Numbered from the stretch's first letter, positions 11,304 through 22,408 are shown. The stretch is DNA of 26,594 nt from Octopus sinensis (GCF_006345805.1 NW_021834729.1:1-26594), one strand, 5' to 3'. Notes: a model not told the origin generated them from the sequence alone. Numbers and translations: made by a program.

Positions 11304-11648
11304 TCTTTGCGGCGTAACTCAACTTAGAGCCACACCGGGATCACAGAGTGGTTTTCCAGCGAGACAGTGTTCATTACTTGAAGAACTTCTTGCAGAGTTC
11401 CAGATAAAGAAACACCGAGAAAAATGTCTAACATTATTCCTTGCCAATGTAGAACATTTCCGCTAAACTGACGCTTACAGAACTCTATTTTGGTAATGAT
11501 GAATCTTTGCTTTTCATTTTGCTTCCTGGAACAAATTTAGATATTCTATTTGAAATTCTGAAATTGTAAGTTTGCAAGAGCACGGAAGATGCGAGTGCAC
11601 AGTCCTGAAAGAAATAGATAAGTTCCAGATGGATATTTGAAAGTGTTT

Positions 11649-11770
11649 GAAACCTACTGCTGTTTGCGATAGTAATCGTAGAGCAACAACAAATACTAAA
11701 TGTATTTTGTCAACCACGTGTAGTATGCAACACAAGCAGTAAACAAAAATAAAATGGAAAAGTACATTTT
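11649..11770 (+). mobile_element. Left end of the MITE family seen at 15640-15819
   Basis: About 121 bp matching 15640-15760 with 2 substitutions that I could see. Confidence 0.9.
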
Positions 11771-11799
11771 TCTCCATCAAGAGACGCAGGCACAAAGAA

Positions 11800-12680
11800 G
11801 CTGATTACAGAGGAAAAGAAGGGCACCTAGCTCTTGAGGAAACTAGGGAGAGTAAATCCTATTACAATACAGAATAATTACTGCGTGACATGTCTGCCAG
11901 GGTGAGAAATCAAATCGTAATCTCCCTGACAAACAGAGCCAAACACCTGGGGGGGGGGTCCAGTTGAGAAAACGAACGCCTCTCAAGCATTTTTAAAACT
12001 GACCATTTATATTAAGACATCAGTGATTCCAGAAACAATCTTCTTCAAAACTATATGAGAACTGCTCGGGTTTTATTCTGTGAAGGTGGTACATCATGTA
12101 CAGGAAGCTCGAAGCTCGTCAGCAACACCAGGTTTAAAGGACGTCTTCATGAACGACTCCCAGAGGTACGAGAGCAAAATATTAGGTGGGGTGGCGGTTT
12201 TTTTTATGTGGCTCTCGTCTTCAAGGAAGACAATAAATATATGAAAGGTTGCTCTGAAGTTTCGAAATTTTTCAGAAGAGTCTCTCATCTTGACCCGAGC
12301 GACTGCGTTAGCCATGAAAGACTACAGAAAGCAGTATGTGGTACATCAGGGCAAGATGTGAAGTCTGTTCGCGCCAGCATTTCCTTACGAAACATAGAAG
12401 GCGGACATCAGGGTTTTAGTTGACGTATTGCATGCAGCAGTGGAGCATAAGAAAGAAAAAAACTATTGAAATTCGTTTTTTGGGATAGAGATGTCGTAGC
12501 CATCTTGGTAGACAGATTCTATGATCTGAGAGTGATTCAACTTTCGACCGACGTCTGTGTGTTCCTTGCAATGCGCACAAAGTGCAAGTTTTACCCCACC
12601 ATCAACACCATCTCTTTAAACTGGGAGAAGCTACAAGCACGAGATGCATCAGTGTTCCAAGAACTGAGACCAGGTTTCTA
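11800..12680 (-). mobile_element. Possible heavily decayed LINE ORF1-like remnant
   Basis: Stop-riddled minus-strand frame containing 'LPVHDVPPSQNKTRAVLI*F', loosely like the ORF1 'HR...PRPVIVRF' motif. Confidence 0.2.
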
Positions 12681-13184
12681 GTTTATGGCTACAGTACTCT
12701 TTCACTCTCTTCCCCTCCTCTCTCTCCCTTCCTTCCTCTCTCCCACCAGTTTCGTAGGCCCTTCAAAAGGTTATGAGCACTGCTCTCCCTCTGGAATAAA
12801 AGATTATTTAAATTCCAGTGAAGAAGGAATCACGGAATATGTTTGAATTTCCATCATCCTGATTACTACTTGATATATTGCCCGAGGGGCATGTCGGATA
12901 AATGTATCGCCAGTGGATGGCAGTTTGGCCAAGAATTCTTTTATTTCCTTCTGAGACGGTTCAACGCATTGGTTTTGTGATATTAGATAACAATAAATCG
13001 CTCGAGATTCTTCAAAGATCAGTTGTCAACATATAACAGCTCAAAGGAATCATTTGCCAAATGCCCAAACGCCTGGAACGCCTTCGTCGAACGCACAAGG
13101 CTACCAAAACGACTTCTCATTGCTGAAGGCAGGAGTTATGCTGTAACCTGAAGAGTGTTCGACCATGTAATCGACTCCAGTGTG

Positions 13185-13435
13185 GAAGGCGAGGTGGTTA
13201 GTGGTTAGGGCATTCGGCTCACTGTCATGAGTTCGATTCTTGGTGGTATGCTGTGTCCTTGGGCAAGAAACTTTATTTGAGGTTACTCTAGTCCACACCT
13301 GGCTAAAATGAGTAATACCTGTATCTCAAAGGGGCCGGCCTTGTCACATTCTGTGTCACGATGAACCTCCCAAGAACTACATTAAGAGTATGCATGTCTG
13401 TGGAATTCTCAGCCACTTGCACTTTAATTTCCAAT
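13185..13435 (+). mobile_element. SINE-C
   Basis: GTGGTTAGTGGTTAGGG (A box), GAGTTCGATTC (B box), GTGTCCTTGGGCAAG (CORE/Meta-like). Confidence 0.85.
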
Positions 13436-13489
13436 CCGTCGATTGGATGAACTAGGACAATCGTCGTCGTAGACGACGGAGTGTTTTTT

Positions 13490-13680
13490 GTTTTTTAATC
13501 GAGCCCAGCACTTGGCTGGTGCATTGTTTTGTCGAGCCCCGAAGAGATGAAACAATATAGCTAACCTCGGTATGATTTGAACTCAAAACTAATAAAAAAA
13601 AAGACGAACGTAAAAAAGAAAAAAACCATAAAACCTTTCGCTTTCGACACTCCAGCGATTCGAGCAAGTCGCCGCCTTCA
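13490..13680 (-). mobile_element. SINE-A, degenerate
   Basis: TCGAGCCCCGAAG...CCTCGGTATGATTTGAACTC...CGATTC...GTCGCCGCC. Confidence 0.7.
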
Positions 13681-14089
13681 CTAGCTTTTTTTAATAAATG
13701 CCGTTGACACTTGGTTGGGTTTTGTACATGTCTCTGGACTCGAGAGAGAGAGAGAAGTGATATTTGTCATAAATATCGGGATCAATGATGTAAACTACTT
13801 TAATAATTTTTACTTGAATTTTTAAAATTATGTTTTAAATAATTTTTTTAAATGCATATTTTTTGAAAAAAATCTTCGAAGAGTTCCTGAGCTAATATTC
13901 ATTACCAGTGGCCCCAAGAGAGTGTCATGCCAAATACGCTGCTTTTATCTGGCGGGTAAGGATAGTTTGAGGAAGACACCTGACTAATGCATTTTAATTA
14001 AAAAATGATGTGGTGGATGGCATCCGTGGGTGGAGTGTTGGAGAGAGGAGAGACCTGCGTTGCAAAGCTTTAATCAAACACTTTTGCTG

Positions 14090-14145
14090 CTCTCTCTCTC
14101 TCTGTTTGTCAGTCTGTCTGTCTATCACTCTATCTGCCTCTCTCT

Positions 14146-14210
<65 letters not shown>

Positions 14211-14211
14211 C

Positions 14212-14262
<51 letters not shown>

Positions 14263-14263
14263 C

Positions 14264-14308
<45 letters not shown>

Positions 14309-14323
14309 CCTATCTATCTATCC

Positions 14324-14374
<51 letters not shown>

Positions 14375-14383
14375 CATCTATCC

Positions 14384-14432
<49 letters not shown>

Positions 14433-14433
14433 C

Positions 14434-14472
<39 letters not shown>

Positions 14473-14473
14473 C

Positions 14474-14522
<49 letters not shown>

Positions 14523-14693
14523 ATCTATCTATTCTTCTGTGTGTCTGCCCGTCTGTCTGTCTGTCTATCTATGTCTCTCTCTATATGTGTGTATATATAT
14601 ATGTATATATACATATATATATATATGTGTGTATATATACATATATGTACGTGTATATATGTATGTATATATATATGTATATATACATACATG

Positions 14694-14765
<72 letters not shown>
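14090..14765. repeat. Long (TATC)n with (TA)n/(CA)n microsatellites
   Basis: Direct reading of the sequence. Confidence 0.97.
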
Positions 14766-14767
<2 letters not shown>

Positions 14768-15009
14768 GGAGAGAAAGAAAATGACATCCATAGTATATTA
14801 GATATTATAAAGAATGACTTGGAGCAGTGCGCAGAAACGTCGGCTGCATGAATAATTGATAATAAAGTGATCGTTAGCATACTTGATGCAATAAGCTAAC
14901 AAGTATTGCATTAATAAGTAATACGTTCGTGATGAGCAGAAGTCATGAGCTAAATGAAGGACGCAGATTAAAACTAACAAAGGGAGACAATCGAGGAAAT
15001 CTATTTAGT

Positions 15010-15116
15010 TACAATTTATTAAATAGGAAATGTGATGGAGTATAATAGTCCTTAACAGCATTAGATAACTGTGGGTATGTTTCGGTTTTATTCGATCTCA
15101 TCAGCGAATGTCTTTT
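15010..15116 (-). mobile_element. Penelope-like terminal remnant with decayed hammerhead core, copy 1
   Basis: Minus strand reads CTGATGA-GATCGAATAAAACC-GAAACATACCCACAGTTATC; homologous to 15313-15430. Confidence 0.5.
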
Positions 15117-15312
15117 CAAACCAGAGTCAGTCATTTACATAATTCTTCAATTTCTTTTCAATGGAGGGAAGGACTATTGTTTTTTTCAAGCAGCAGGAGT
15201 AATTAGGAATGTTTTTCTCAGGAATATTAAAAGCTATTTCGCTACGTATTGTCCCTTTATGAAAGCCCTGCACTTGCCCTGTCATTCCAATATATCTTTC
15301 GGTTACTTTTAA

Positions 15313-15430
15313 GCAAAGTTTCGTTGATGAGGTTCTAATAAGATAGAAACATATCCAGAATTATCACTGCACTGCTTAATAGGGGATAGACTCCCTACTA
15401 TACTCCGTATTTGTATGATTTTAATCAAAA
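15313..15430 (+). mobile_element. Penelope-like terminal remnant with decayed hammerhead core, copy 2
   Basis: TTGATGA-GGTTCTAATAAGATA-GAAACATATCCAGAATTATC at 15324-15364. Confidence 0.5.
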
Positions 15431-15639
15431 TTCGAGGTTAACTCCCTTGGATTTTTGACAAGAGTTATTCATTAGCATAATAGTAAACCCCAATGGGTAT
15501 ATTGAACTTCATATATTTATAATCCAGTGTCACTCTGATGGCACGCTGGATTGCTAGCAGAATCGTTAGCCGGACCAGATGCTTAGTAACATCTCGTTCG
15601 TCTTTGCATTCAAATGTCACCAACGTCCACCAACGTCCA

Positions 15640-15818
15640 AAACCTACTGCTGTTTGTGATAGTAATCGTAGAGCAACAACAAATGCTAAATGTATTTTGT
15701 CAACCACGTGTAGTATGCAACACAAGCAGTAAACAAAAATAAAATGGAAAAGTACATTTTGTAGAGATGACCCGGAAGTTGTTGCTCATCGATTACTATC
15801 GCAAACAGCAGTAGGTTT
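15640..15818. mobile_element. MITE-like element with 29-bp terminal inverted repeats
   Basis: AAACCTACTGCTGTTTGTGATAGTAATCG (15640-15668) pairs with 15790-15818 with one mismatch. No clear target-site duplication. Confidence 0.8.
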
Positions 15819-16686
15819 CTTCAGCTGAATACACGTCGTTGATTGGTTAAAATTACCCAAATACGACAACTTTAACACGAAATAACTTCTAAAATACGAA
15901 ATTTTTCTCAAAAATGTTGAAAGTAAACTGTGTTCAGCGTGAGAAATTACACCAGTACACGAAGTTTCAAACTGTTTAGTAACAAAAAGAATAAATAAAA
16001 AATCTGTGAGCCAAACTGAAGAGATCAACGAATGTTTCGCGAACAAAATCTTAATTTCTGAAACCTTATCCAGAGACTTGGTCAAAAGCTTAACTCCATT
16101 TTATGCCCCATTCGTTATTTAGATTTGGGATAATAATTTCTCGGGTTGATATTTGAGATGGGAGCTCATTAGATTTTATAAACTATCGCGCTACTCTGTA
16201 TTTTGTTTTCTCTCTCTCTCTCGCCTCTTACCGTCACACACGAGCACCCGGACGCAAACATGTCCGCGCAAACACACACACGCTCGAACACACACGCATG
16301 CACGCACGTTCAGACTCACGTGTTGAATTTATATATTTTAAACTATTCTCCGTTTTTTTTTCTTTATTTTCTGCTCATATATATTTACTATATTCCTTTA
16401 AGATTGAATGTTCATTAGAACCATAAAAGCAATTGGTGTTTTGGTATATATTTAGCAGAAGCGAAGCGTGGGCGTAAAAGTAAGAAAGAGGACGGAGAAG
16501 CTAACAAAGAAAGCATCAATCAACTTTCTTGAGACGTAGGAGGAGGGCTGTGAGTGCAAGGGCATGGGTTGAGGAATGAGGACGCGAAAGAAATGGTTGG
16601 AATATAAACTGGAAACGAGGAAAGAAAGGAATGGGTGGTAGGAATGTCAGGGAGTAAAAGGCGTCTTCATGTAAGAAATGTGTGCG

Positions 16687-17097
16687 TTAATAATATTCTT
16701 TTCTACTCTAGGCACAAAGCCCGAAATTTTGGGGGAGGTGGAGTTGAGTCGATTAGGTCGACCCAAGTACGCAACTGGTACGTAATTTATCGACCCCGAA
16801 AGGATGAAAGGCAAAGTTGACCTCGGCGGAATTTGAACTCAGAACGTAACAGCAGACGAAATACCTATTTCTTTACTACCCACAAGGGGCTAAACACAGA
16901 GAGGACAAACAAGGACAAACGAACGGATTAAGTCGATTATATCGACCCCAGTGCGTAACTGGAACTTGATTTATCGACCCCGAAAGGATGAAAGGCAAAG
17001 TCGACCTCGGCGGAATTTGAACTCAGAACGTAGCGGCAGACGAAATACCGCTAAGCATTTCGCCCGGCGGGCTTACGATTCTACCAGCTCGTCGCCT
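16687..17097 (-). mobile_element. SINE-A: complete head + one 184-bp unit + terminal unit with second tail type
   Basis: CAGACGAAATACC ends at 16865 and 17049 (184 bp apart); tRNA-like head at about 17050-17097. Confidence 0.93.
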
Positions 17098-17179
17098 TAG
17101 TGCGTGAGTTAATAATATTGGCATAATGACTCTCCCTAAACACAAAGTTTTCTCTTTTCTCACCGTTTATAATTTCCAG

Positions 17180-17283
17180 CTAACGATAAATTAAATACCA
17201 GTGAAATTCTGGGGTTGATGTAATCGACTAGTCCCCTCCCCAGAAACTTCAAGCCGTGTGCCTATAATAGAAAGGATTATTAA
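17180..17283 (+). mobile_element. SINE-A 3' fragment with second tail type
   Basis: GATAAATTAAATACCAG...GTGCCTATAATAGAAAGGATTATTAA. Confidence 0.85.
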
Positions 17284-17795
17284 CACAGGCACTGGTTTAA
17301 TTCCAGTCCTTTATTATTAGTCAATTGGTTAGATATCTAATTAGCAAATAGATTGTTTGTTTAATTTGGTTAAACAGTCGTTTGTTTTGCTTTTGTTCGT
17401 TAAAGCCCTTTTGTTGCCTCTTGCAACCTTTTCAATGACTTTTTCTTTGAAAAGGTTGCAATGTAGCATCAAAGACAAAACAAATGACTTATTGGTTGTA
17501 TACTGTCAATCTAACGTGAACGTGACAGTAGAGGGTTACACCACCGCTGTTTAGCCCTAGGAGGCTTCCTAGGGCTAAACAGCGGTGGTGTAACCCCCTA
17601 CTGTCACGTTCACGTTAGATTGACAGTATACAACCATTCTATCACCCAACCACCGTACATATCTCTATGAGAGATTTAGAAATTTAATATTTCTGAAATG
17701 ACTTATTGTTTAACTAAATTAAACAATCGATTAGTCAGTTGGACATTTAACCAACTGACTAACAGTAAAGGAGTGGAATTGAACCAGTGCCTGTG
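17284..17795. mobile_element. piggyBac-like palindromic MITE
   Basis: TTAA|CACAGGCACTGG...CCAGTGCCTGTG|TTAA, with TTAA at 17280-17283 and 17796-17799. Imperfect inverted arms of about 95 bp. Central 15-bp perfect hairpin at 17421-17461. Confidence 0.8.
17493..17636. repeat. 144-bp spacerless palindrome
   Basis: 72-bp arms centred at 17564/17565; mismatches only at 17532/17597 and 17563/17566. Confidence 0.97.
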
Positions 17796-17954
17796 TTAAT
17801 AATATTGGCATAATGACTTTCACTAGACACAACAAAATTTGTTTCATCACACGGATTCAAATAAAGAATCTTGCAAACCAGATATAAAAACAAGAAAGAG
17901 AAAACGATATTCTAGAATGACTTACAACTTCAAAATAATTTCCCCCCTTTCTAA

Positions 17955-18060
17955 TGCTGTGAAGAAGCCTGGTTGGCTTACGATTGTGAGAGCGTGGTTC
18001 GATTTCTGAACTGGATAAGGCACATAATTTCAAATTGCTCCAGTCCGGTTCAGCTCTCAT
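17955..18060 (+). mobile_element. SINE-C, degenerate
   Basis: GGCTTACGATTGTGAG...GGTTCGATTTC...TTGCTCCAGTCC. Confidence 0.55.
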
Positions 18061-18347
18061 TCCTTCCAGCAGTCAGGTCCCGATGTTTCACTGGGTCAAA
18101 AGGAAAGGATCAAGACACTGTCTCTATCCGCTCGCTACTACATAAGCATTAAAATAACTAGCGAAAACATGGTACCACGCTTGCGATTGATAAGGTTTCC
18201 TTTTATTTAACTTCTAAAAATATATTTTTGCTTTTTAATTTTCCATGTATTAAATATGTTAACTATATCTAATCTGTGGAATTTTACGGAATGTGTTTCC
18301 GTAAACTGTTATTATTGGTTTCAAACTTTGGCACAAGTATGAAACCG

Positions 18348-18425
18348 TAATCGGCTTAATCCCTTTGTCTGTCCTTGTTTGTCCCCTCTATGTATAGCCC
18401 CTTGTGGGCAGTAAAGAAATAAGAA
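18348..18425 (+). mobile_element. SINE-A 3' fragment with first tail type
   Basis: CTTAATCCCTTTGTCTGTCCTTGTTTGTCC...GTAAAGAAATAAGAA. Confidence 0.85.
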
Positions 18426-18539
18426 TCTTCGCGATGCCTAATCATTACAAAGACTCGCTGAAAGAAAAAATGCCTTGGTGCCTATTACATTAACCGTCAC
18501 TAGTGGTCACCATAGCCTTCAATCGCGTGGCTGAGCGAT

Positions 18540-18775
18540 ATACCTATTTCTTTACTACCCACAAGGGGCTAAACACAGAGAGGACAAACAAGGACAGACA
18601 AACGGATTAAGTCGATTATATCGACACCAGTGCGTAACTGGTACTTAATTTATTGACCCCGAAAGTATGAAAGGCAAAGTCGACCTCGGCGGAATTTGAA
18701 CTCACAATGTAACGACAGACGAAATACCGGTAAGCATTTCGCCCGACGTGCTAACGATTCTGCCAGCTCGGGCGA
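18540..18775 (-). mobile_element. SINE-A head + one 184-bp unit
   Basis: ATACC ends at 18544 and 18728 (184 bp apart). Confidence 0.92.
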
Positions 18776-18784
18776 TATACCATT

Positions 18785-19000
18785 CACTTGTCCAGTTCAG
18801 TCCAGTCCAGTCCAGTTCAATTTATTCCTTCGAGAATTCACGCAAGACTGACCTTGAGAACAAAAAGCAATTGAAGAAGAATCGTTCGTTATACAGCAGC
18901 ATAGAATTCTTCCTGCTCCCGCTGTAACTTGGCCTACCTATTCCGGCAATGAACCTACAGTCAACATGGATACCATTCCCTTACGAATCGACGTTGACGA
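18785..19000 (-). mobile_element. Possible LINE 3' end with pentanucleotide tail
   Basis: Minus strand shows AATAAA followed by (TGAAC/TGGAC)n, the arrangement of L2/CR1-type 3' ends. No protein support. Confidence 0.35.
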
Positions 19001-19220
19001 AGCCAAACCATGGTTATAGTAAAAAAAGGAATTTAGCTAATATGAAGTAATTAGACTGTGTAGGCGTCTACAGTTTCTGTTCTCAAGTGTATAATGCAAT
19101 CACATTTGTTGAAAATATGTTGAAAAAAGACTCCAAAAAAAAGCTTTTCTGCTAATGAGAAAATGTATTTTCTCATTAGAAGACATTGATAAATGTGTTT
19201 TTAAACCTTGAAGTGATTTA

Positions 19221-19340
19221 AAGGCGTGGCTGCTGTCGTAAGAAATTTGCTTCCCAATGGCATGGTTTTGGGTTCGGTCCCTCTGTATAGCACTTCTACT
19301 GTAACCTCGGCCGACAAAAGCCCTGCAAGTGGATTTTGCT
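19221..19340 (+). mobile_element. SINE-B head, degenerate
   Basis: GGCGTGGCTG...GGGTTCGGTCCC...CCTCGGCCGACAAAAGCC...GTGGATTT. Confidence 0.75.
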
Positions 19341-19344
19341 TGTT

Positions 19345-19810
19345 TCTGGACAACTTAGCTTTGTTGGTGAGAGTAAGTATTAGTGGTGCTGTGCAAGCAG
19401 TGCCATTGACTTGGAATTTCAGCACAGCAATTGCTGACTGCCATTGTCTTTAAATATCTAGGATAAGATAATTTGTCAGTGATGGTCATATCCGTCCACA
19501 ATCTACCATGTATGTAGGAGGACTTAAACGACATGCAAAGGTACATGAAGCCCAGTTACAACTACAGCCGGCTATTACCAGTAAAGGTTTTAGTTGCCAA
19601 TTTTGTACAAGACATTGTAGATCTTTAGCTGGGCTAAAAAGTCACATTTGATCACAGCACCAGTAACAGTTAAGCTTCGTGCAATGGCCATACTCGATAA
19701 CGAGGGGGCAGCCATAATGAATGAATGTAAGTATGTATGTATGTATGTATGTATGCATGTATGTATGTATGTATGTATGTATGTATGTATGTATGTATGT
19801 ATGTATGTGT
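19345..19810 (+). mobile_element. RTE-type LINE 3' end with C2H2-like finger and (TATG)n tail
   Basis: Frame 19472-19651 reads ...VGGLKRHAKVH...GFSCQFCTRHCRSLAGLKSHI*. It is followed by a short 3' UTR and a tandem tail. Confidence 0.75.
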
Positions 19811-19849
19811 TTACATCATGTATGCGTGCGCACGCATGTGTGTGCGTGA

Positions 19850-20350
19850 AAGCGTATTGGCTTATAATGTTCGAAATGTACATCGAGAATACTTCAAACG
19901 AAGATCAAAAGCAGAGCCGCTTCTTCGTCGAAGTGAGAGATCACTGTTCCGATACTACAGGTATGTGATTAAAATATCTCGGGGAAGGAATCGCTGGACA
20001 GGCTTTACGGGCAAAACCAGCCGGTAAAAGAGCTAAGGGTAGACCACGAACAAGGGGCGGCTCAAGGTACCGACAACTGGGTCAGTCGCCCGGGGCACCA
20101 TGTGCTAGGGCGGGGTGGGTGCAAAGAAGGCGTGACAAAGACAAGGAAATTTCCACGACCGTCAGGTTGTACACGCCAAAGTTCAGCTTGCCTCGGGCGC
20201 CATCAACCCTAGGGCCGGCCCTGTCCGTGAGGTCAGTCGGTCTCATTTGAGGAGACGAGTGTTTCCGACAGGACACGATCGAAGGCATACTTGGGGATTC
20301 TCCTTCCATGACCCTCCCTGGACTAAGTGAGCGAAGAAAATGAGACGAGA
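19850..20350 (+). mobile_element. Second RTE-type LINE 3' fragment, frameshifted and interrupted by a MITE
   Basis: AEPLLRRSERSLFRYYRYVIKIS, then a frameshift to GIAGQALRAKPAGKRAKGRPRTR. This matches the RTE 'EPLLLRIERSQLRW.GHV.RM...GRPRTRW' C-terminus, which resumes after 20224. Confidence 0.8.
20052..20223. mobile_element. hAT-like MITE
   Basis: Imperfect termini AAGGGGCGGCTCAAGG and CCTAGGGCCGGCCCTG (CAGGG-type). No 8-bp target-site duplication visible. Confidence 0.6.
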
Positions 20351-20480
20351 TGAGAAACAATTGAATCTTCGTCGTCAAACGATAGACATCCTTCACTTCA
20401 CTAGAGACATGCCCCAGTGGAGCAGTGACTCGTACAAATGCTTTTCTTGCTAACACAGTCTCCTTACTGTATTTCATTAA

Positions 20481-20886
20481 CTCTCTTTTAACTCTTTTAC
20501 TTGTTTCAGTCATTTGACTGCGGCCATGCTGGAGCACCGCATTTAGTGAAGCAAATCGACCCCGGGACTTATTCTTTGTAAGCCCAGTACTTATTCTATC
20601 GGTCTCTTTTGCCGAACCGCTAAGTGACGGGGACGTAAACACACCAGCATCGGTTGTCAAGCAATGCTAGGGGGACAAACACAGACACACAAACACATAT
20701 ATATATATATACATATATATGACAGGCTTCTTTCAGTTTCCGTCTACCAAATCCACTCACAAGGCATTGGTCGGCCCGGGGCTATAGCAGAAGACACTTG
20801 CCCAAGATGCCACGCAGTGGGACTGAACCCGGAACCATGTGGTTGCTTAGCAAGCTACTTACCACACAGCCACTCCTGCGCCTATA
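20481..20886 (-). mobile_element. SINE-B, full length and well preserved
   Basis: Head TATAGGCGCAGGAGTGGCTGTGTGG...GGTTCAGTCCC, CTTGGGCAAGTG core, internal TA/CA tract and (AAAAGAG)-type tail. Confidence 0.95.
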
Positions 20887-21289
20887 AAATTTTGCCAACA
20901 AAATTTTTCTCGTTATTAATTAATTCCTTGTCGTAGTTAGCAGACACAAGTTTTCTATGAAAACTTTGAATTCCAACCGAACCGAACTTAAACTTGTAGA
21001 TTTTAGTTTAGTATAAAGGCCAATAAATAAAGGTTATAGTTACCTCGCGGGACTTACTAAACCAACCAGATGTACTATATTTTAGTTATGGAATATTTAA
21101 ATGTTCCTCACACATGAAAATCAATTCTGGTTACCCTTTCATAGTTCAATCGGTCATTGCCATAGTTAGATCGTATATCAAAGACAGACAGATAAATAGA
21201 CACACGGCTTCCATTCACGAACATTTCATGTCGAAACTCATTTACTACCTATATAATATAACTTATGTAATTTATGATAGTGTAAACAC

Positions 21290-21710
<421 letters not shown>

Positions 21711-21919
21711 ATATTTTCTCTATTCTGAATTTCCGATGCCAGACCAGAGGAATAATTACAAATTCTAAATCAATGTATTCACAATATATATTTCTGATTA
21801 TGGTATAGAACTTTCTCGAAGCGGAACTTCAGCCGAACGTAATTACCTATGACATATGCATGTCTCCACCACTACCACCACCGCCATCACCTCCATCCAC
21901 CCTCTACCTCCTCCTCCTC

Positions 21920-22200
21920 CTATTCCCCATATGTGCTGTCTTCTTCTTTCCTTCTTTCTATCGCGATTACAGTTTCCTTATGTTTCTCAGAACTGGATGA
22001 TCTCATGTCATCTCCACCCATGCCCAGCAAACCTCACTGCCCTCTCCTCTTCCCGTCACCCATATTCTGTTTGCAGTTTTTGCACCTACCATCACCACCA
22101 CATATTGACCCTTAAGTGCCCACTAACCAAATACTAAACCCTGGACACAATTTTCCCAAAATGTCGGCTATCTGGAATCTCCCTTCCGCTAAACTATATT
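21920..22200 (+). mobile_element. CR1/L2-like LINE RT C-terminal remnant
   Basis: Frameshifted pieces SELDDLMSSPPMPSKPHCPL and FPKMSAIWNLPS resemble 'SSELA..MPP...PRCTRL...FFPRT..LWNSLP'. Confidence 0.5.
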
Positions 22201-22351
22201 TTTTATCTGTAGCTGTTGACATAGTGTTGAAAAGCATCAACCGTTAAACCCCGTCAATGCCAGAGGTCTCAAAGGGCCAGCTGAACGCTTGGTGCGCAGC
22301 TCTTTCCTTCAGAGCAAACCTTACAAAAAATAGACCCCCATCACACAGAAC

Positions 22352-22408
<57 letters not shown>

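Noticed and set aside
10895-11470. Acceptor-like sites at 10919 and 11214 and the 75-aa ORF at 11239
   Set aside because: The frames stop without a convincing donor, and the peptides are unrecognisable.
12740-13130. Acceptor-like site and faint Tc1-like 'MPKRLERL' peptide
   Set aside because: Multiple stops in all frames, and the similarity is too short to assign.
14010-14851. 263- and 273-aa ORFs with YLSI repeats (also 6255, 7096, 8297, 25721)
   Set aside because: (TATC)n has stop-free frames, so these are artefacts.
14805-14866. GAAACGTC followed by AATAAA, Penelope-like
   Set aside because: No recognisable CUGANGA core upstream; too decayed to call.
17050-17097. SINE heads as tRNA genes
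   Set aside because: They have A/B boxes but no complete cloverleaf and are fused to SINE bodies.
20082-20660. 192-aa minus-strand ORF
   Set aside because: Chance read-through across SINE-B, antisense RTE and MITE sequence.
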